Position numbers and translations under genes: made by a program
DNA from: Euprymna scolopes
Lineage: Eukaryota
Length of the DNA: 64,000 nt
Strand: one strand, 5' to 3'
Assembly: GCA_053919585.1 (NCBI GenBank)
Contig: CM132796.1
Shown here: in pieces, positions 28,354-43,624 of the stretch
Numbering within the stretch: position 1 is the first letter of the stretch
Layout: every line of letters starts with the position of its first letter
The notes under the pieces: model-generated
The model's input: only the letters and a program-made list of their open reading frames with translations
Database searches by the model: none
What the model was told of the DNA's origin: nothing

Positions 28354-28633
28354 ATATACGACATTATCATGTTGACACACCGGTTCCCGTCAGATCACCG
28401 AAGTTAAGCAACGTTGAGCCTGGTTAGTAGTGGATGGGTGCCCATTTGGGAATTCTGGTCGCTGTAGTTGCTCTACGCTTATCTCGGCATTATTTCCAGT
28501 CGTTGTAAACCTTCTCGGTCCACTGGTATTCAACAATTTCGACTCAAGAAAGGTGTGTTGAAGATTGCGCAACACTTACCACAAAAAAATCACGCGCAGG
28601 CACCCTTACTGTTAGTATCAATAGTCTGCCATA
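28354..28633 (+). mobile_element. 5S rRNA-derived head (28354-28470) plus unrelated body: SINE3-like element or 5S pseudogene
   Basis: acaccggttcccgtcagatcaccgaagttaagcaacgttgagcctggttagtagtggatgggtg...tgggaa...gctgtag follows metazoan 5S rRNA (box A, intermediate element, box C) with substitutions and small deletions. No oligo-T terminator directly after it; the body runs into (CT)n(TA)n. Confidence 0.85.
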
Positions 28634-28649
28634 GTCTCTCTCTCTCTCC

Positions 28650-28716
<67 letters not shown>

Positions 28717-31611
28717 GAAAGAGATTTGGATAGAGAGAGGCCAAGCGAAATACAAATAGAGGAGGAGAGAATACAGCTAGAGGACATTAATATGGTAAAT
28801 TATAATAGAAATTAATAACATGTACACAACTTTTAATCAAGTGATCTGGTAAAAACAATATATGGAAATTAATTTCTAAAAAAGTACAAATGCAAAATCT
28901 GCATTTAAATATCATGAGAATAAGAAAATTAACAATTTCTAAATGCATACCTGCATGTTTATGATGGTACAGAATACATGTTTCAAACGTGCTTATTGAA
29001 ATATTCTGTATAAAAGTGATTGAATATATAACTGTCATATTTTCTATAGAGAAACGCTATTATTCACCCACATGTGTTAACGCCATTGCTATCCCGTGAA
29101 AGGTTCAGTCAATGGGTTTAAAGCCCTCAGTAAATATTTCAAAAAAAATGTTATAGATATTCTTTATGACCTTCAATATTTATTATCTTAGTATAGTGAG
29201 ATGGAGATGCGAATTGTTTTTCTCTTTAAAAACAGTGTCATTGATAACACATAACAATTATAAATCTGACACAAAAAATAACGCAAATTATATACTTAAG
29301 GGCGAACCGTGGAAATAATCCGTATCCGATGATTTGCGAAAGATCAATTTCCATAAGCTTGACTAAAAATATAAAAGTTGTTCAATATCGAATTGGATTA
29401 TTTCCTTTTTCTAATAATAGTTGTGTATTTTCTTTACATTGGCGCTGAACAGCTATTGTCATATTGTTCCTGAATAAACGTGTCAAGGATTACTATATCA
29501 ATATTTAAGAACAAGGGCATCGTCAAATTTTCTCGATATGATTTTATCTTAAGAAAAAACGTTTACACAATTTCAGAAAGAAGTCAATTTNNNNNNNNNN
29601 NNNNNNNNNNNNNNNNNNNNNNNNNNNNNNNNNNNNNNNNNNNNNNNNNNNNNNNNNNNNNNNNNNNNNNNNNNNNNNNNNNNNNNNNNNNNNNNNNNNN
29701 NNNNNNNNNNNNNNNNNNNNNNNTGGCCGACCTTTACAACGTAATGATGGAATTTCCTTCCAGCAAACGAATGCACCACTAAATTTATCTTGGAAATATC
29801 TGATGGAAATAATATCTGACGAGTTGATGAGAAAAATTTGAAAACATAAAAATATTTACGAAACGGCTTTAATAAAACGTTCGAAAATGAAATAAACAAG
29901 AGTTATCTGAAACAAACAATGTGAGTATATGAATTTCGTCAAAATCTTATACGGTATATGCTCTGCACATATTAAATAGATATAGGGAGCAGTCGGAAGG
30001 ATTTCATAACCACATGTCTGTGCTTCAGATTAGGCGACATGCGAGCTGTTGACCGGAGTGTGTCCTGCAGGAGGAGGGCATCATTTTTTTCCGTGTTAAT
30101 ATTTTAACAAAAAGAAAATATTATGTATAAACCATCACACCAGTAGTATTCTCTTGGAGGAATCGCCCATATTTGTGGACGAGAACACCCCCCACAATAT
30201 ATATTATTTTTATTCTACCTAAAAAAACATTAATCTACGAACACTTGTAAAGCTGTTCTGCAGTACATCTGTATAGTTATATGTTCTAGCAATGAAATAT
30301 TAAACCATATGTAATATGATCGACTGTGTACGCTGTTATATTACGGGTATTTGGGAGATTACACACGTGTATGTCACTGTAGAAATAACGTTGCTTATTT
30401 TATTGCTTTTGTTATTATTTAAATATAAAAAAATAACCGTGTCCGTTACACGGGTAGATTTATCAAACAAATTTAAGCTCATCGGGCACAGGTATATTAT
30501 GATAAGTGTTTACATTTTTGTAAACATTTGCCTACTATAAAAACATTTCTTTTCATTGACCGATACTGTATGCCACATATTTACCTTTAATATCGTATAC
30601 ATACTAATAAATATCAGTAGATTTCTATACTTATCTCCCTTCATTGTAATGATAAAGTACACATGATATTGTTTGTTAAATGTCCGGTTTGAAATAATAT
30701 TTTTACGTCCATTAGTTTAACAAGTTTAATAATTTAGCAATGAATTCACATAAAAATTAAAACTGAAACTTGCCAAGGCCGTTGGGCATATACACTTTTT
30801 ATGTGTTGCAAACTATATTTTCAACGGCAATCAAGCTATTTATTTTGGGGAATTGCGAGTATGACATCAAATCAACCTTACGCACACATAGAAAATACAT
30901 TTAATGTACACTATATAGTAAGCTTTAAGCAGACATTAGGGCCGTACTCTTTGATTAATCTATTCGATAGTTTTAACCGTGCAACTTACTAATATTAACT
31001 GGCTGTACATGTTCTCCTATGTGTACAGTTTGCAGACGATAATTCGATTTCTGGATTTTGAGGCTACCAGAGAGTAAAGGTAACATCAATAAGAATAACT
31101 TGTTTTTTACTGTGTTCATGTAAACATATTAAAAAGTGTGTTAGTGAGTTAAAAGGGGTTTACAAGTAAAAAAATGAAATCGCCGTCAAATTCAACGTTG
31201 AATACAGACCCATCTAATAATTTCACCTCTTACATACACACTTTTTAAACGCCGTTCATTCGTACAAACAATTAAAAGTATGGTCATCGCCGTACAATCT
31301 AATAGCCACATTCATTAAAAACAAAATATAAACTTATACAATATATCTTTCCCACAACCCTGAAACGATAGTAAGCTAATACGAAAAGCTATATATATAT
31401 ATACATATTAAGCCCTTCTTCAATGCAACGATTCTTTTTCAAGTGGATCAACTATTGGCGTTTTTCAAGGACATTTCTGGTCCATTCGTTTTGGATGTCA
31501 TTGTTTTTATTTTTTTGTTTTTTTTTGTTCACGCTCATAATTTGATTTAATCTTTCAAAGATCTTTGTGCGTCTCATAACATTTTAATTGTATTATAAAT
31601 ATTTATATATA

Positions 31612-31652
<41 letters not shown>

Positions 31653-31899
31653 CAGATGATCGGGGAAGTGTAATGGGTTTACATAAGTAAGTATAAATGG
31701 AAAGTGTCACACGTATATGAATCTGAAAACCTGATCAGTATGCACCGTAATTTAGAATAAGAGTGAGTGAGCATATCCTCTCAGTACAAACCACTACGTT
31801 TTCTGTCCTTCATGAGTAAGTTGCTGGAATATTTTAACAATTATCAGCCGAATAACTTTCTTATTGATCTAATATTATTTTAACAGCATATGTATTAAC

Positions 31900-32215
31900 G
31901 CTTAATTAGCGAATCCGCCGAGGGTGGCTTCCTTTCTAGAGCAATTTTCTTGATATATGAAAGGCTTTGGATATGGCCTGGTATAAAGGTCTACTCTAAA
32001 AAATCACCAGCAACGGTATAGCTTGAATGTCTACTGAATTATGAAACAATTGTTGATGATAGGTTAATAAGATGATAAATGGTTTACGGGTAGAAATCAG
32101 AAGCTAACAGTATAATGCTAGAGTCCCTCCAAGGTTCATCCTCAACCCAAACCTCTTCCGGATCAACAGTAATGGTCGCCTAAGTCACATCCAACCCTAT
32201 TTATATGTTGATACT
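31900..32215 (+). mobile_element. Old CR1/L2-type RT fragment
   Basis: Decayed LDI.KA.D..W.KGLL (~31950), NA.VP...IL.P.LF.I...N (~32113-32172) and YVD (~32204). Confidence 0.7.
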
Positions 32216-32409
32216 GGTGGTATTATTTTCGAAGGTACAAAATATGAGATCATGTTTCGTTGTTCTTATTTAGATGACGACATATATTTGTTGTTGTTCA
32301 TGTTAGCAAGAGTCTAAGAGTGATAGAGATACCGTCTGGAGTGCTCATGTTGTTGAGTGTGGAGATATTGGTGAGATATAGAGACAGGTACATACAAAGT
32401 GAAAGACAG

Positions 32410-32480
<71 letters not shown>

Positions 32481-35400
32481 ACAGTGTACATGTTACGACA
32501 AGAGAATCAAGCCTGTAATTGAATGCGAGGAAATTTATGAATATCTTGATAGATAGACCGAGAGTGCGTTTGACAGTTTCGTTTGACCATTGTACCTATA
32601 ATATAAACACGTTACCTTTCTCGTTGTAATGATGAACACAGAAAGACGGCAGTTATAAAAATATAATGGTCATTTATTCTTCTTCGACCGATCGGACATG
32701 ATTTTGTATTTCAGGGGTTCAAAGTCGTTACATGGTTATCTCTAAACCCTCTCGCTTCCAGAGAGAGTCTTGACTCTAACAGATAATCGACCTGATCTCC
32801 TCTGCTTTTCTGATCTGCCTCATCTGATTCCCCCCTAACTAACTTCGAACTCTTTCCTATATTGAGAAATTACATGTATGTCTGGTCAACGGGACCATAA
32901 CTCACCTTTTTACAACATGCGCGATTTGCACGTTTTGACACGATTTCTGACTACCATGGAAATTCCCCAGTCTCTTTGTTATTTTACAAAGGAATTAAAC
33001 CTACTTATCTAACTCTGTAACCCATAGTTTTATTATATATTCTTTCTAAGAATGTGAATAGTTTCCAGCCACATTTATATTGATTAAATATTTTAACAGA
33101 ATCAACAATTTAACTGGGCATACAATTCATATTAACAATCTCTGTTTATTTTAACTTATGATAGGAATTCTAATTTCCAAGTCTAGCATCGCAAGTTCAA
33201 ATCCTTTACTATTCTATTTCATAATTACATTTAACTAATTCCCTATTCTTAATTACATGAAAAGTGGACATCCGTTATCATGTAACAATTACGGTCAATA
33301 CTAGACCTAGAGGGCCAATGAAATCATCCGAATCTCCGACTTGTTCGGATATCAGCATTTTACGCAACAATTATATCATTATCAATTTTTTCACGTCCCA
33401 GTCCTTCTCAATGCTACATATTTAGTTATATTAATTTTTGGCAGTCATATGTGTATTCTTATTATTTACTTACTAATTTTATTACAGCTATTTACTCTGA
33501 TAATTTTGTTCTTAAACAGACCGATCTTTTTTTCAGTAATCAGCTCTTGATAAATAAGCCGCGTCCTATATCCGGAAAATTTCATGCGTTGCCCCAATTC
33601 GGTCGACAACTCCTTTAATGTTTACGTCCAAATCCATTGCTATCCACAGTCTGTCTTGCTTACAAATGAAATGAAACAGGATTGCCACGATTAAGGGGAA
33701 TGTGCTCAGGGTCATGAAAAAAAAAACTGCGGTCAAAGCTACAGGTTTTTGTAAGGTTTAATCTAGGTCCACATCATGCCTACGCACATTTTCGAATTTG
33801 CTAAAAGTGCGGTAATCCCCGGGTGAAATGGCTTGGGTGTAATAGCAGGACTTCTAGGCTGGCCACAAGTTAAAATAAACCTTAGTTTCAGAAAAGAATG
33901 CTACAGCCTTGTGCACATCTATCACTGACCCCCTTTTCCCCGACCAGCCTACGCTGGGCTATTTCGTTTGATAATCCGTCGAAAACATAACCACGACAAC
34001 CTTCCACAACACCAAAGCTAGCCTGATCATTGCAATCCTCCAAGACCCCGAAATTTGGGGATAAAGTATGCAGTAAGTTGCGGTTATTAACGCTAAAGGT
34101 GTCTACATTGATTAACTGTCAGCTGTATAACATAATAAAATTTCCTGATTTTACTTTTTCAATAAATATTTAAAATATAGTGTCGTTTTTTAAGATGGTA
34201 ATTCTATCCTTCCCCGTTTTTACTATAGCCTGACTTTAATTTATGCCCTTTTAAGTTCATGCCAGTTTTATTCTCATTTCTCTCCTTTCTTTTCGATCGC
34301 ATCGATTCGTAATAACATTTTCTGCCTCTTTTTGTTCTCATGTGTTCATTTTTTTATAAAAAACGTTTAGTCAATAATGCGTCAAATACATTTTCTCTTA
34401 CGTTTTCCGCGCATGAAAACGCGTTGTGTGGGTATTCAGTTGCGACTCCATATTTTGTTCAATACAATGCCATTTATTTCTTCGTTGATATAATCGTAAC
34501 CCGCCTATGTTATCTGAAATTTTCATCACGTCTCCCACGAGATTTCCCAACGTTATCTCGTCCTCCAGGAGATCTTTGTGTCTCTCTTAATTTTTTATAG
34601 TTTTTAACCAACGTGTTACGTCACTTCTCTTGCATTGCCGATATGTTACAATACAACTATTAGTGCCTGCGTTTATACCAAATTTATGTTGTGTTAAATT
34701 GTGTTTAATATTTAAGTAAATAGTAAGACATAATTCCTCATCAATTCTTTTGTTTTTAAATTAATACAAACTAATACATAAACTTTTTTCATTGCTGTTT
34801 GTTTTGCTTAGCCTTTGATATATATGTAAAATAATGTTTTTATATATTATAAGCCTGGGTGTTCGCATAAATCAGGGTGATTGCGATAGCTTCATGGTTG
34901 CTGTCTGGCCTTGCAGCCCCAAACATCGGTGTGAAAACATGTCGACATATTAGACGTGTGTTTATGTCTGACAATAATTTCTGTATTATTCATTTCTTTT
35001 GATTTCTTTAAAACGTTGCAGTGTTGCTGACAATCGTTGGTTTTTAGTACTTTAGAGAGATGTGTTTGATTTTATGAGAGCGGCGACTTTTATCGGTGAA
35101 GATCAACGTTAACTGCTAACTGTCACTTCGGGTCAGACAATTTTATAAAATAGGGACAGGTCAAACTTACAACTGGTGATAACTTTGTATTGGAAATAAA
35201 AAAGGATATACAAAGGAAATATACCTAGAGAGTAAAATAACACGAGGAACATAAACGAAATGCCTTTAATGAAAGAATTCAGAGAAATACTTTTAAAATG
35301 TTTATAAAACTACGAGAAAAACGTTCGAAACTAGTTCAATTACAAGGAATAAACAATCACATCGTGATAAACAATATGGCGTAATGCTTTTATATAATGT

Positions 35401-36177
35401 TAATAAACTACTAATTACTAACTATAAAAAAACAATAATATATGATATTGTCTTTCAGTATAAGGCGAGACACATGTAAATGTTGCATTATATCTAAAAA
35501 AAATGAAGAATAAATTCAATTAATGCATACCCAAACAGAAGTAAGTAATATTGGAGTTACACATATACAAATTCCATAAAATATTAGATTGTATTATAGT
35601 TAATTTCTGATGAATTAAGAAGAAACATTTTTTTTTTACATTATAAAAGAAATTTCACAAGATATGTTGGGGAAGCAGGAAAAAAATCGAGTCATCATTC
35701 AAAAGCAAAATAAATTAGAAATAAGAATATTAAAAATGATTGGTTTGGTAAATATTGTGGAATCACTACACAATCTGGAATAATATATAATGTTGCTATA
35801 TAAAACCGTAAAATACAGTTTTATTATAATGCCATTCTACAATACTCGAAATAACAAATATTGTACATGCCTTAATATTCTATGAAGATAATTGCATTTC
35901 GTCTTCTAGGTTCAGTTTCACATATATGCAATGAATAAAATCTTACTATCTCGCCTAATCATTTCCTAAAAGATAACAATCAATTTTAGATTAAAACAAT
36001 ATCTTCATCACACTTTAATAATCAGTTAAAGGTTATTTTTCGTTAAATAAATGAAACGAGTGTTAAACATTTTCACTGTATGTACTAGTTTTATTGCTAT
36101 AAATCGATACAATTACATTATTGTTTCGTAGCAATTGTAAAAATATTTTCACTCTAAAACCTCTCCCACCTCAATCC

Positions 36178-36238
<61 letters not shown>

Positions 36239-39200
36239 GAATATATTTAAATTGAGTTTATACACATATGTTACGTTTACTGCAATTATAGTGGTTTAAA
36301 AGAGCATACATATACAATACTGAATTTGTCCCGTTGCAGCGACCTTAGTCGACGGTAAACAATCGTATAAAGTTCACATTAAAATAATCAGATAAACCTG
36401 GAGAAATATAACATTTTCCTCAAATATTTCATTATATAATATCAATGCTTTAAGATTGACAGTACTCCACGCGTCAAATTTTCTGCGATATTATTTCCTC
36501 TGCTTTTTTTTTACTCAATCTTAATATGCTTTTTGTATGTCATTTATTTTCAATAGATTTATGTTATATTTTTCTAAATTTAATAATGTGACTTACTTTG
36601 CTGCTACTTTTATGAAATAGCCGACCGAGACTTTCATCGGTAGGTTTTGCTATGATACTTATGTATTTATGTAGAATTATTATTTTTCAAGAATAAATTA
36701 CTATTGGATTTGTTATTAGGTTTACTGTGCATTTTTTACTTTTTTGCATTTATTACGAAGATACTAGGCTAAAACTCGAACTGTAGATATAAATGTAAGT
36801 AAAGTGTACTCTTTATTACACTGAATTTCTAATAGCCTCTCACTATTTCAATAATGTCCACGCGTACACTATAGAAAAAATGTAAGATTATTCGTGATGC
36901 GAACTCGAATAAAGAAAGTACCCAAATTTAATTAATATATGCTCCATCAAAAACAGTGGTTCATTCTTTCTTTTTTTCGAAGGTCAATTGACATCGAGTA
37001 GTGTTGACGGGGAGATAGTCTACTTGGATTGGCCATTTCTGTGTCTGCATGCTATGAGCCTTAAAATATAGCTGCGCTTTTCGGTCGGAGCATTTATAGC
37101 TCCACACAACTCATAATGCACCCTTATTCCCGTCAACGGCCCCTTCAGCGTATTGGCTAGAGAATCATTTTTCCAGGCTAAAAAACTTCTACATTTTGGG
37201 TGAAAAACGTGATTGCGAAAAATTCTTTTACAGAAAGTTATTGATTATTATTTAACAATACATAGAAAGATACTAGAATTAAAAAAAAAACTATTTAATT
37301 TACACTAAAATACATGCTCCTTATTTACTAATAAAAATTTAATTGTCATTTTGTTGAACTTTTAAAGAGTTAAATATTCATAAACAGTTATTAAATTTAT
37401 TGTATTTTTTTCACAAAAGAGATAAAATTAATTTCCGATAAATTTTATCGGGGAAATGCCAAATTATCCAATTGTATCAATAAATCGTTGCAAATTATGT
37501 AACAAATTTGTGTAAAAAATATTATTTAGTCATTGATCTACACATATATTAGAGTAAAAATACAAAAACAGGGATTCAAAAATCTTAATTCACATTGTCA
37601 ATACAACTAGTGATAAAAAGAGGCGATCGAATTCATTTTAATTAGTAAAAAGTGATAACTGAAACCATCAAAATCGGCAAATTATCAATAAATTTTGTTA
37701 TTAAGAAAAAATAATCCATGTACATTCGACATAATTTACACATATTTTCATGTAATAAAACATATTTTCTAATTAATATAATGAATAAATCAATAATCGT
37801 TTTTTATGGAAAAATTATTGATGATTTGTTGATTTGAGATTTTCGTAATATTGTTTTGTCTTTTTCACATTAAGTCTAATAAACGTATTTTGATAACGAG
37901 GCAAATGATGATTTGCGATTTATTTCACGATTAAATATTTTTCTTCTAATGATTTTCCCGCAAATTGTTTTATTTCTTCTGGCAAATGTTATAACTAAGG
38001 TAATATTCGGTTTTTATAATGTGATATTTTATAAATATATAAAATATTTAAAAAAAAACATGTCCATTACATTTCCTTTAGTGCATAAGACACATCGGTT
38101 TAAGTGTACATGAAATAAAATTTTTCTTTAATTCCATTAGTTTTCTCTTGTTATAATTTTATACTGATGAATATTTTTAAGTTAAATGATTTCCCTTTAA
38201 ACATTTTGTTGAATATTTTCTGTTAATGCAATTCTTTTTCCAAGACAATACATATTTTTAAAAAATTATATTCATCAACAACATTAACAACCACAAAAAA
38301 TATTTAAATTATATTTATTAATTAATTAAACATGCTTACAATCAAAAAGACATTATCATATAATGCAAGATTTACCAGAAAATTATAAATTTCTGAGTTA
38401 TAATAATTCATAACGATGTGAACAGATATAGTTGCAAGTAAAACCTTGCTGAAATGATGGTTTACTTAAAAAGGTAGAATGCCACTGTAAAGGTTTATGC
38501 TATTTATCTTGGATATATGGCTTGCGCATGCCAATTATTGCTATTTTAAATAGTTTTCCAATGAAATGCTTATATTGTTGGGCATTTTGGTAGGAACATG
38601 TTTATTATGGAAAAAGTAGTATAACTGAATATATTTCAATTGGCATTATTATTTCTAATAGTGAAATTTGTGAAATATATATATATATATTTTTTATTCC
38701 ATCTATTATATTGGCTACTTTAGTATTAAAGTATACTTAACGCCATTGACCACAACATATCATTAGAACCTCTACGAACGGTAGAAGTTATGATACCTAT
38801 GAAAAACTTAATCGCGAGACATCGTTAGATTGTTTTTTTTCTTTCTTTTGCAGAAAGACTACAGATTTTACAATGCAATACGTCCTTGTGTATAGATCTT
38901 TTTATACGCTTATCGCTCAAATAAGTAAACTGGTCTCCTAAATAAAAATTATAGAGCGTAACTTTATGGAGATCATGGTACTTTTAATAGACGACCTGTT
39001 TGGTGATGCGGTGAGTTTTTAGGTATTTATGGTTGTTGGAAAGGAAGCAAAACTCTTGAACATTTGATGCCTCGAAGAATGGTCTTATTTCAACGTCTCT
39101 TTTTTCCTCGATATGTAGATTTTATTAGATCTTACTTTAGAATTTTATTTGCCCATATATTTTCTTCCCTGATAAAACAAGACCTTTATCCATACTATTC

Positions 39201-40835
39201 TTAAGTTAGTCGTTAATTTTTCTCGATTTATTCAAGGTTGGTTTGAAGTTTAGATATATATTTTTTCAAACAAGTAAAGACCGTGCAACGGCGTTATCTG
39301 CGCTGATATATCTATAATACTTATTTAGCATTTAAAAAAAACTACTAAACAAATGGCTAAAAACTTTTCTCCAGTGTTGGAATTTGAGTCGTAGGGTATT
39401 TGCATCCGTAGCACATTTTCGAATTAGTTTTTATCTGGTTGAATAACTAGTATAAGGTCACCATTAAAAAATAGCAGTGAACGAGACTTTGTAGCACCGT
39501 ATGGTGTTCACTGTTCTCTTCCCTGCAACATGTTTTTCACTGAAGAAATGCTGCAAGACTGACATTGCTTTATCGTTATTTTCATGGAAAAACTTTTCTG
39601 AGCTCCAATCTATGATCTCACTTAGCAAAATTTCACGAGAAGCACTGGTCTTGCTAGAAAACACTATAACTAATTTCCCCCATACTGTATATGTGCTGTA
39701 ACTTAAACGTAGATTCCATGTGAAATTGTCTTCCATTTGCCTGGTTTAAAGCTGACTACAATATGGTTGTCTTCAAGTCCAACATAAAACAATTTTTGAT
39801 GAATTGTTTCCCTTAAGTTTACAAAGTTAGAGAATTTCCATTACTTACGATCGCGATATTGTCCAATTGACTAACTCCTTAACCTGTGACCTGCGGGGCT
39901 TGATAAGTAGTGGAAGCCTATGTAAAAAAAAAGAAATTGCGTGAATTGGCTAAAGATGTTTTTTTTTTCTTCTTATACGTAAATTAAATTTATATTTCTG
40001 AAATATTCATTTTCCTGTATCTGTCAACAAATAAGTCTTGTTAGCTGTATTTTAAGTTTTCAGTCCTTCCTGATCACAGACGCCTTTTTATATTTTTGAC
40101 ATGCTTACTGCATATAATGTCTAATATAATAACGCATAGTAATTTAGAAGCATCATATTAAATACGAAATCTGAATACATTAACCCACTCTTATAGATTA
40201 ATTTTATATAAAAATATTTTTTTAAACATTTATATCATATAAAAATATATAAAATAATATCCGAAATTAATCAGAAGAACATGAGGATCATTGTTATTAG
40301 TATCCCAAATGATTTATTAAATATTTGATGAGTAACTTAAAACGTTGGGCTTTCATAGTAAAATATGATTATTACTTAATTATTTATTTGATGCTAGTTT
40401 TCGAGCGAGCAAGGCAGGACCACCTACTATTAATACATGAATGAATAAAATTGATGTAGCATACGCTACAGGGGGGGACCATATTTTAATATTCTATTGT
40501 TAATCGGCCTCGTATCGTCATTTTTCATTTTTCTGCCTCTAATATGCAGGGATGCAAAACCTGCAGATAAGTTGATATATTCGACATTTTACTAAGTCAT
40601 TTGGAACTTGAAGCCCTCCTCATAATCATCGTTTTGATCGTTTTGTTTCATCGTATCACTCCAGTATACTTCATCGCGCACCTGCTTTGTTCTCACATTT
40701 TCGCAATTCGTCAGATTTTACAGTGTTACTCTAAGGACCATGGTTTGCGATTAGACAGCGGAGGTTATGTTTTTGTTATTCGATACAATGATGCATCGCG
40801 TGTTACTTTATGATGGCCCTACAGAAATTTTATTG

Positions 40836-40882
<47 letters not shown>

Positions 40883-41249
40883 GTGTACGTGTGTGTATGC
40901 GAGTATTTATACATTTGTATGCATATATACAGATAAGAGAATAAATGTGTTTTTTCTATATGAACAGCGTTTATAAACATTAAAATATGTGCTTACGAAA
41001 TTGACCTATATGATAAAATACCAGCTAGCACGAAATTCAATCTAATGCAAATGTGAAGACTCCGTGCATAATGATTGAATGCTCACTTGCATATATAAAA
41101 AGTAATACATAACAACTATTAGTGTATAATATATTTATTAAGATCGTACAGATTCAGCGGCCTAATACTGTCAATTAGGATTAACATGTTTCGGTTTCTG
41201 ACTTATAACTCTCTCTAGTATTATGTTTTCTTAAGAAGACGTGTGATGA

Positions 41250-41281
<32 letters not shown>

Positions 41282-41409
41282 GCATACACACTACTGAGGG
41301 GGTTCAACATCAGCCTACAGTAAATGGCCTCTGATTTCTGAAAGTATGATAGCTTATGAAAGGGAGGTTTGTAAAGAGATGACTTCGAATTTGGGGGTAT
41401 CAAAACCAA

Positions 41410-41900
41410 AACAAAATAGGATGGAAGTAGAAATAAAATGAATAAACCCCATAATTTATTGTGCCATACCTGTTAACACTGAACCTCTTATAACAATATT
41501 CTGTGGATCTATATTAAAAAAAACGTGTTAAACTTTGTGACATATTTCCATTCTATGGAGGTCAGAAGCGAACGAAAACCCAATAATTTTATTATGTCAT
41601 ATGTCTGGAAACTAAAACATAATTATCAAATATACTTACGCAGATAGATATGAAAAGTCTTTATTAAAGGTTGTGTTTATTTCCATTCTATGGAGGCCAG
41701 GCTCCAACGCAGACCCCGCAATTTAATGATACACTCCCTATTGATGGTGAAACATACTTATCAAAACATTATTATGTACATCTATGTAAAAACCTTTGTA
41801 AACATATTTTTTTCCATTTTTTTTATTTCCATACTATATGGGCTAGGCGCGAACTTAGCCCCCGGAAATTTTATGAACGACCGTTTTGCCAGATCAAACA
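41410..41900. repeat. Degenerate tandem repeat, ~135-145 bp unit, about 4 copies
   Basis: atttccat(t/a)ctat anchor at 41544, 41679 and 41825. Recurring (a/g)acccc...aattt(t)at motif, also seen at ~41444. Confidence 0.7.
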
Positions 41901-42063
41901 TACACATTCCTGATCCTCGATACATCTTTCATTATATTTAATCAGTTTTTTTTTAAATAGTCAACCATATAAGAGCCTATTCGTGACCAGACACACATAC
42001 ACACACACCCATACATGTTCAGGTTTATATTATCATATAGCGTGCCTTTACAATGATCGCCCG

Positions 42064-42130
<67 letters not shown>

Positions 42131-42383
42131 TAATGCAAAGCTATGTAAGGTTCTGAGGAATAGGGAGTCAGATAAGGCCTTGGGACTAGTGCAACATAAA
42201 TTTGTCTTTGTGTAAACTAATTGGCCATCCTCTGTTTGTGTATCATTTTTCCATGATAAAGTAAAGCACATTTGGGTAGTACGCATAAAGCCCGACTGTT
42301 GTCTAGAAATTAGATCCTATCTTTTGACTTTTGCTTATCGAGTTATCCTGGAATGTTGTTGCACGATTTTTTTTTATTGCTGA

Positions 42384-42451
<68 letters not shown>

Positions 42452-43107
42452 ATATGTGTGTTTGCACATACAATTATAATATGATAAAAATTCACACAAC
42501 AACAAATGGAAAATCATACTAATGATGCGAATATTTTTATAACTTCGAATTGGTAAAAGATTGCAAGACTGTCTGGTGTAAAAACCAATTTACTGTATAC
42601 GTTCTAATTATTATTAAATTATCTCCGATCACAATGATACTAATAAATATTTTGCGCAATTTTCCTATTTTATTTTTTCTAATGCCACAGGCAGTGATTA
42701 GTTAAAAAAATATATAGATATATTGCTAACACAATAAATAAGTAATCCCTACCCAGTTTTAGTAAGACATTGTTTCGATAAGTTTTAGTTTTAAAAGAAA
42801 GGTGACGAAGAGTGANNNNNNNNNNNNNNNNNNNNNNNNNNNNNNNNNNNNNNNNNNNNNNNNNNNNNNNNNNNNNNNNNNNNNNNNNNNNNNNNNNNNN
42901 NNNNNNNNNNNNNNNNNNNNNNNNNNNNNNNNNNNNNNNNNNNNNNNNNNNNNNNNNNNNNNNNNNNNNNNNNNNNNNNNNNNNNNNNNNNNNNNNNNNN
43001 NNACACATTATCATACGAAAGTAACAATTTGTGCGGAAACGTTATGCATTTACTTAAATAGTGTTCAATACATAGAGTGATCTAGGTTGTAAGTTATGCC
43101 AGAACTT

Positions 43108-43169
<62 letters not shown>

Positions 43170-43624
43170 TGAACGCGCATGTGTGGCTGTGTGTGTGTGT
43201 GCACATTTCCCTACGCAATAACTTTGTCACATTTTAAGTCTAAAGAGTCGAAATTCAGTACTGAGATTTGGGAAAATATTTATGATCGGTTTCCCTCCAG
43301 AAATTTTGTTGTTAAGGGGTCAAAGTTAAAATATTTGACCTTTCATTACTCTACCAAACTTTTCCGACAATTATCGGTCTAAACACTTTAAATATATATA
43401 TAACGGTTGTGTAGTTTTAGTTTCGTACATGTAAATCCACTTTAACACATGTGTTCAATAAAGAGTTCTCGATGAATAAACAGAGCATATTTATAATTCG
43501 TAAAGTTTTACATACAAGCTGATATATATGTGTTTACATGTTTTTGCAGATATAAGGATGAATAATTATTTTCTAGACAAAACTTGACCATTATGTTCAT
43601 ATTAATTTTTGAATTCAATTTTAC

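Noticed and set aside
28354-28470. Functional 5S rRNA gene
   Set aside because: Substitutions and deletions disrupt the termini and helices, there is no oligo-T terminator, and it is not in a tandem array.
32680-34080. GC-richer stretch suspected to be another decayed element
   Set aside because: No recognisable protein motif in any frame examined.
39464-39736. ORF with TSASRE resembling the hAT C-terminal dimerisation motif, or a host exon
   Set aside because: Single short motif; the following ERxFS and convincing splice context are missing.
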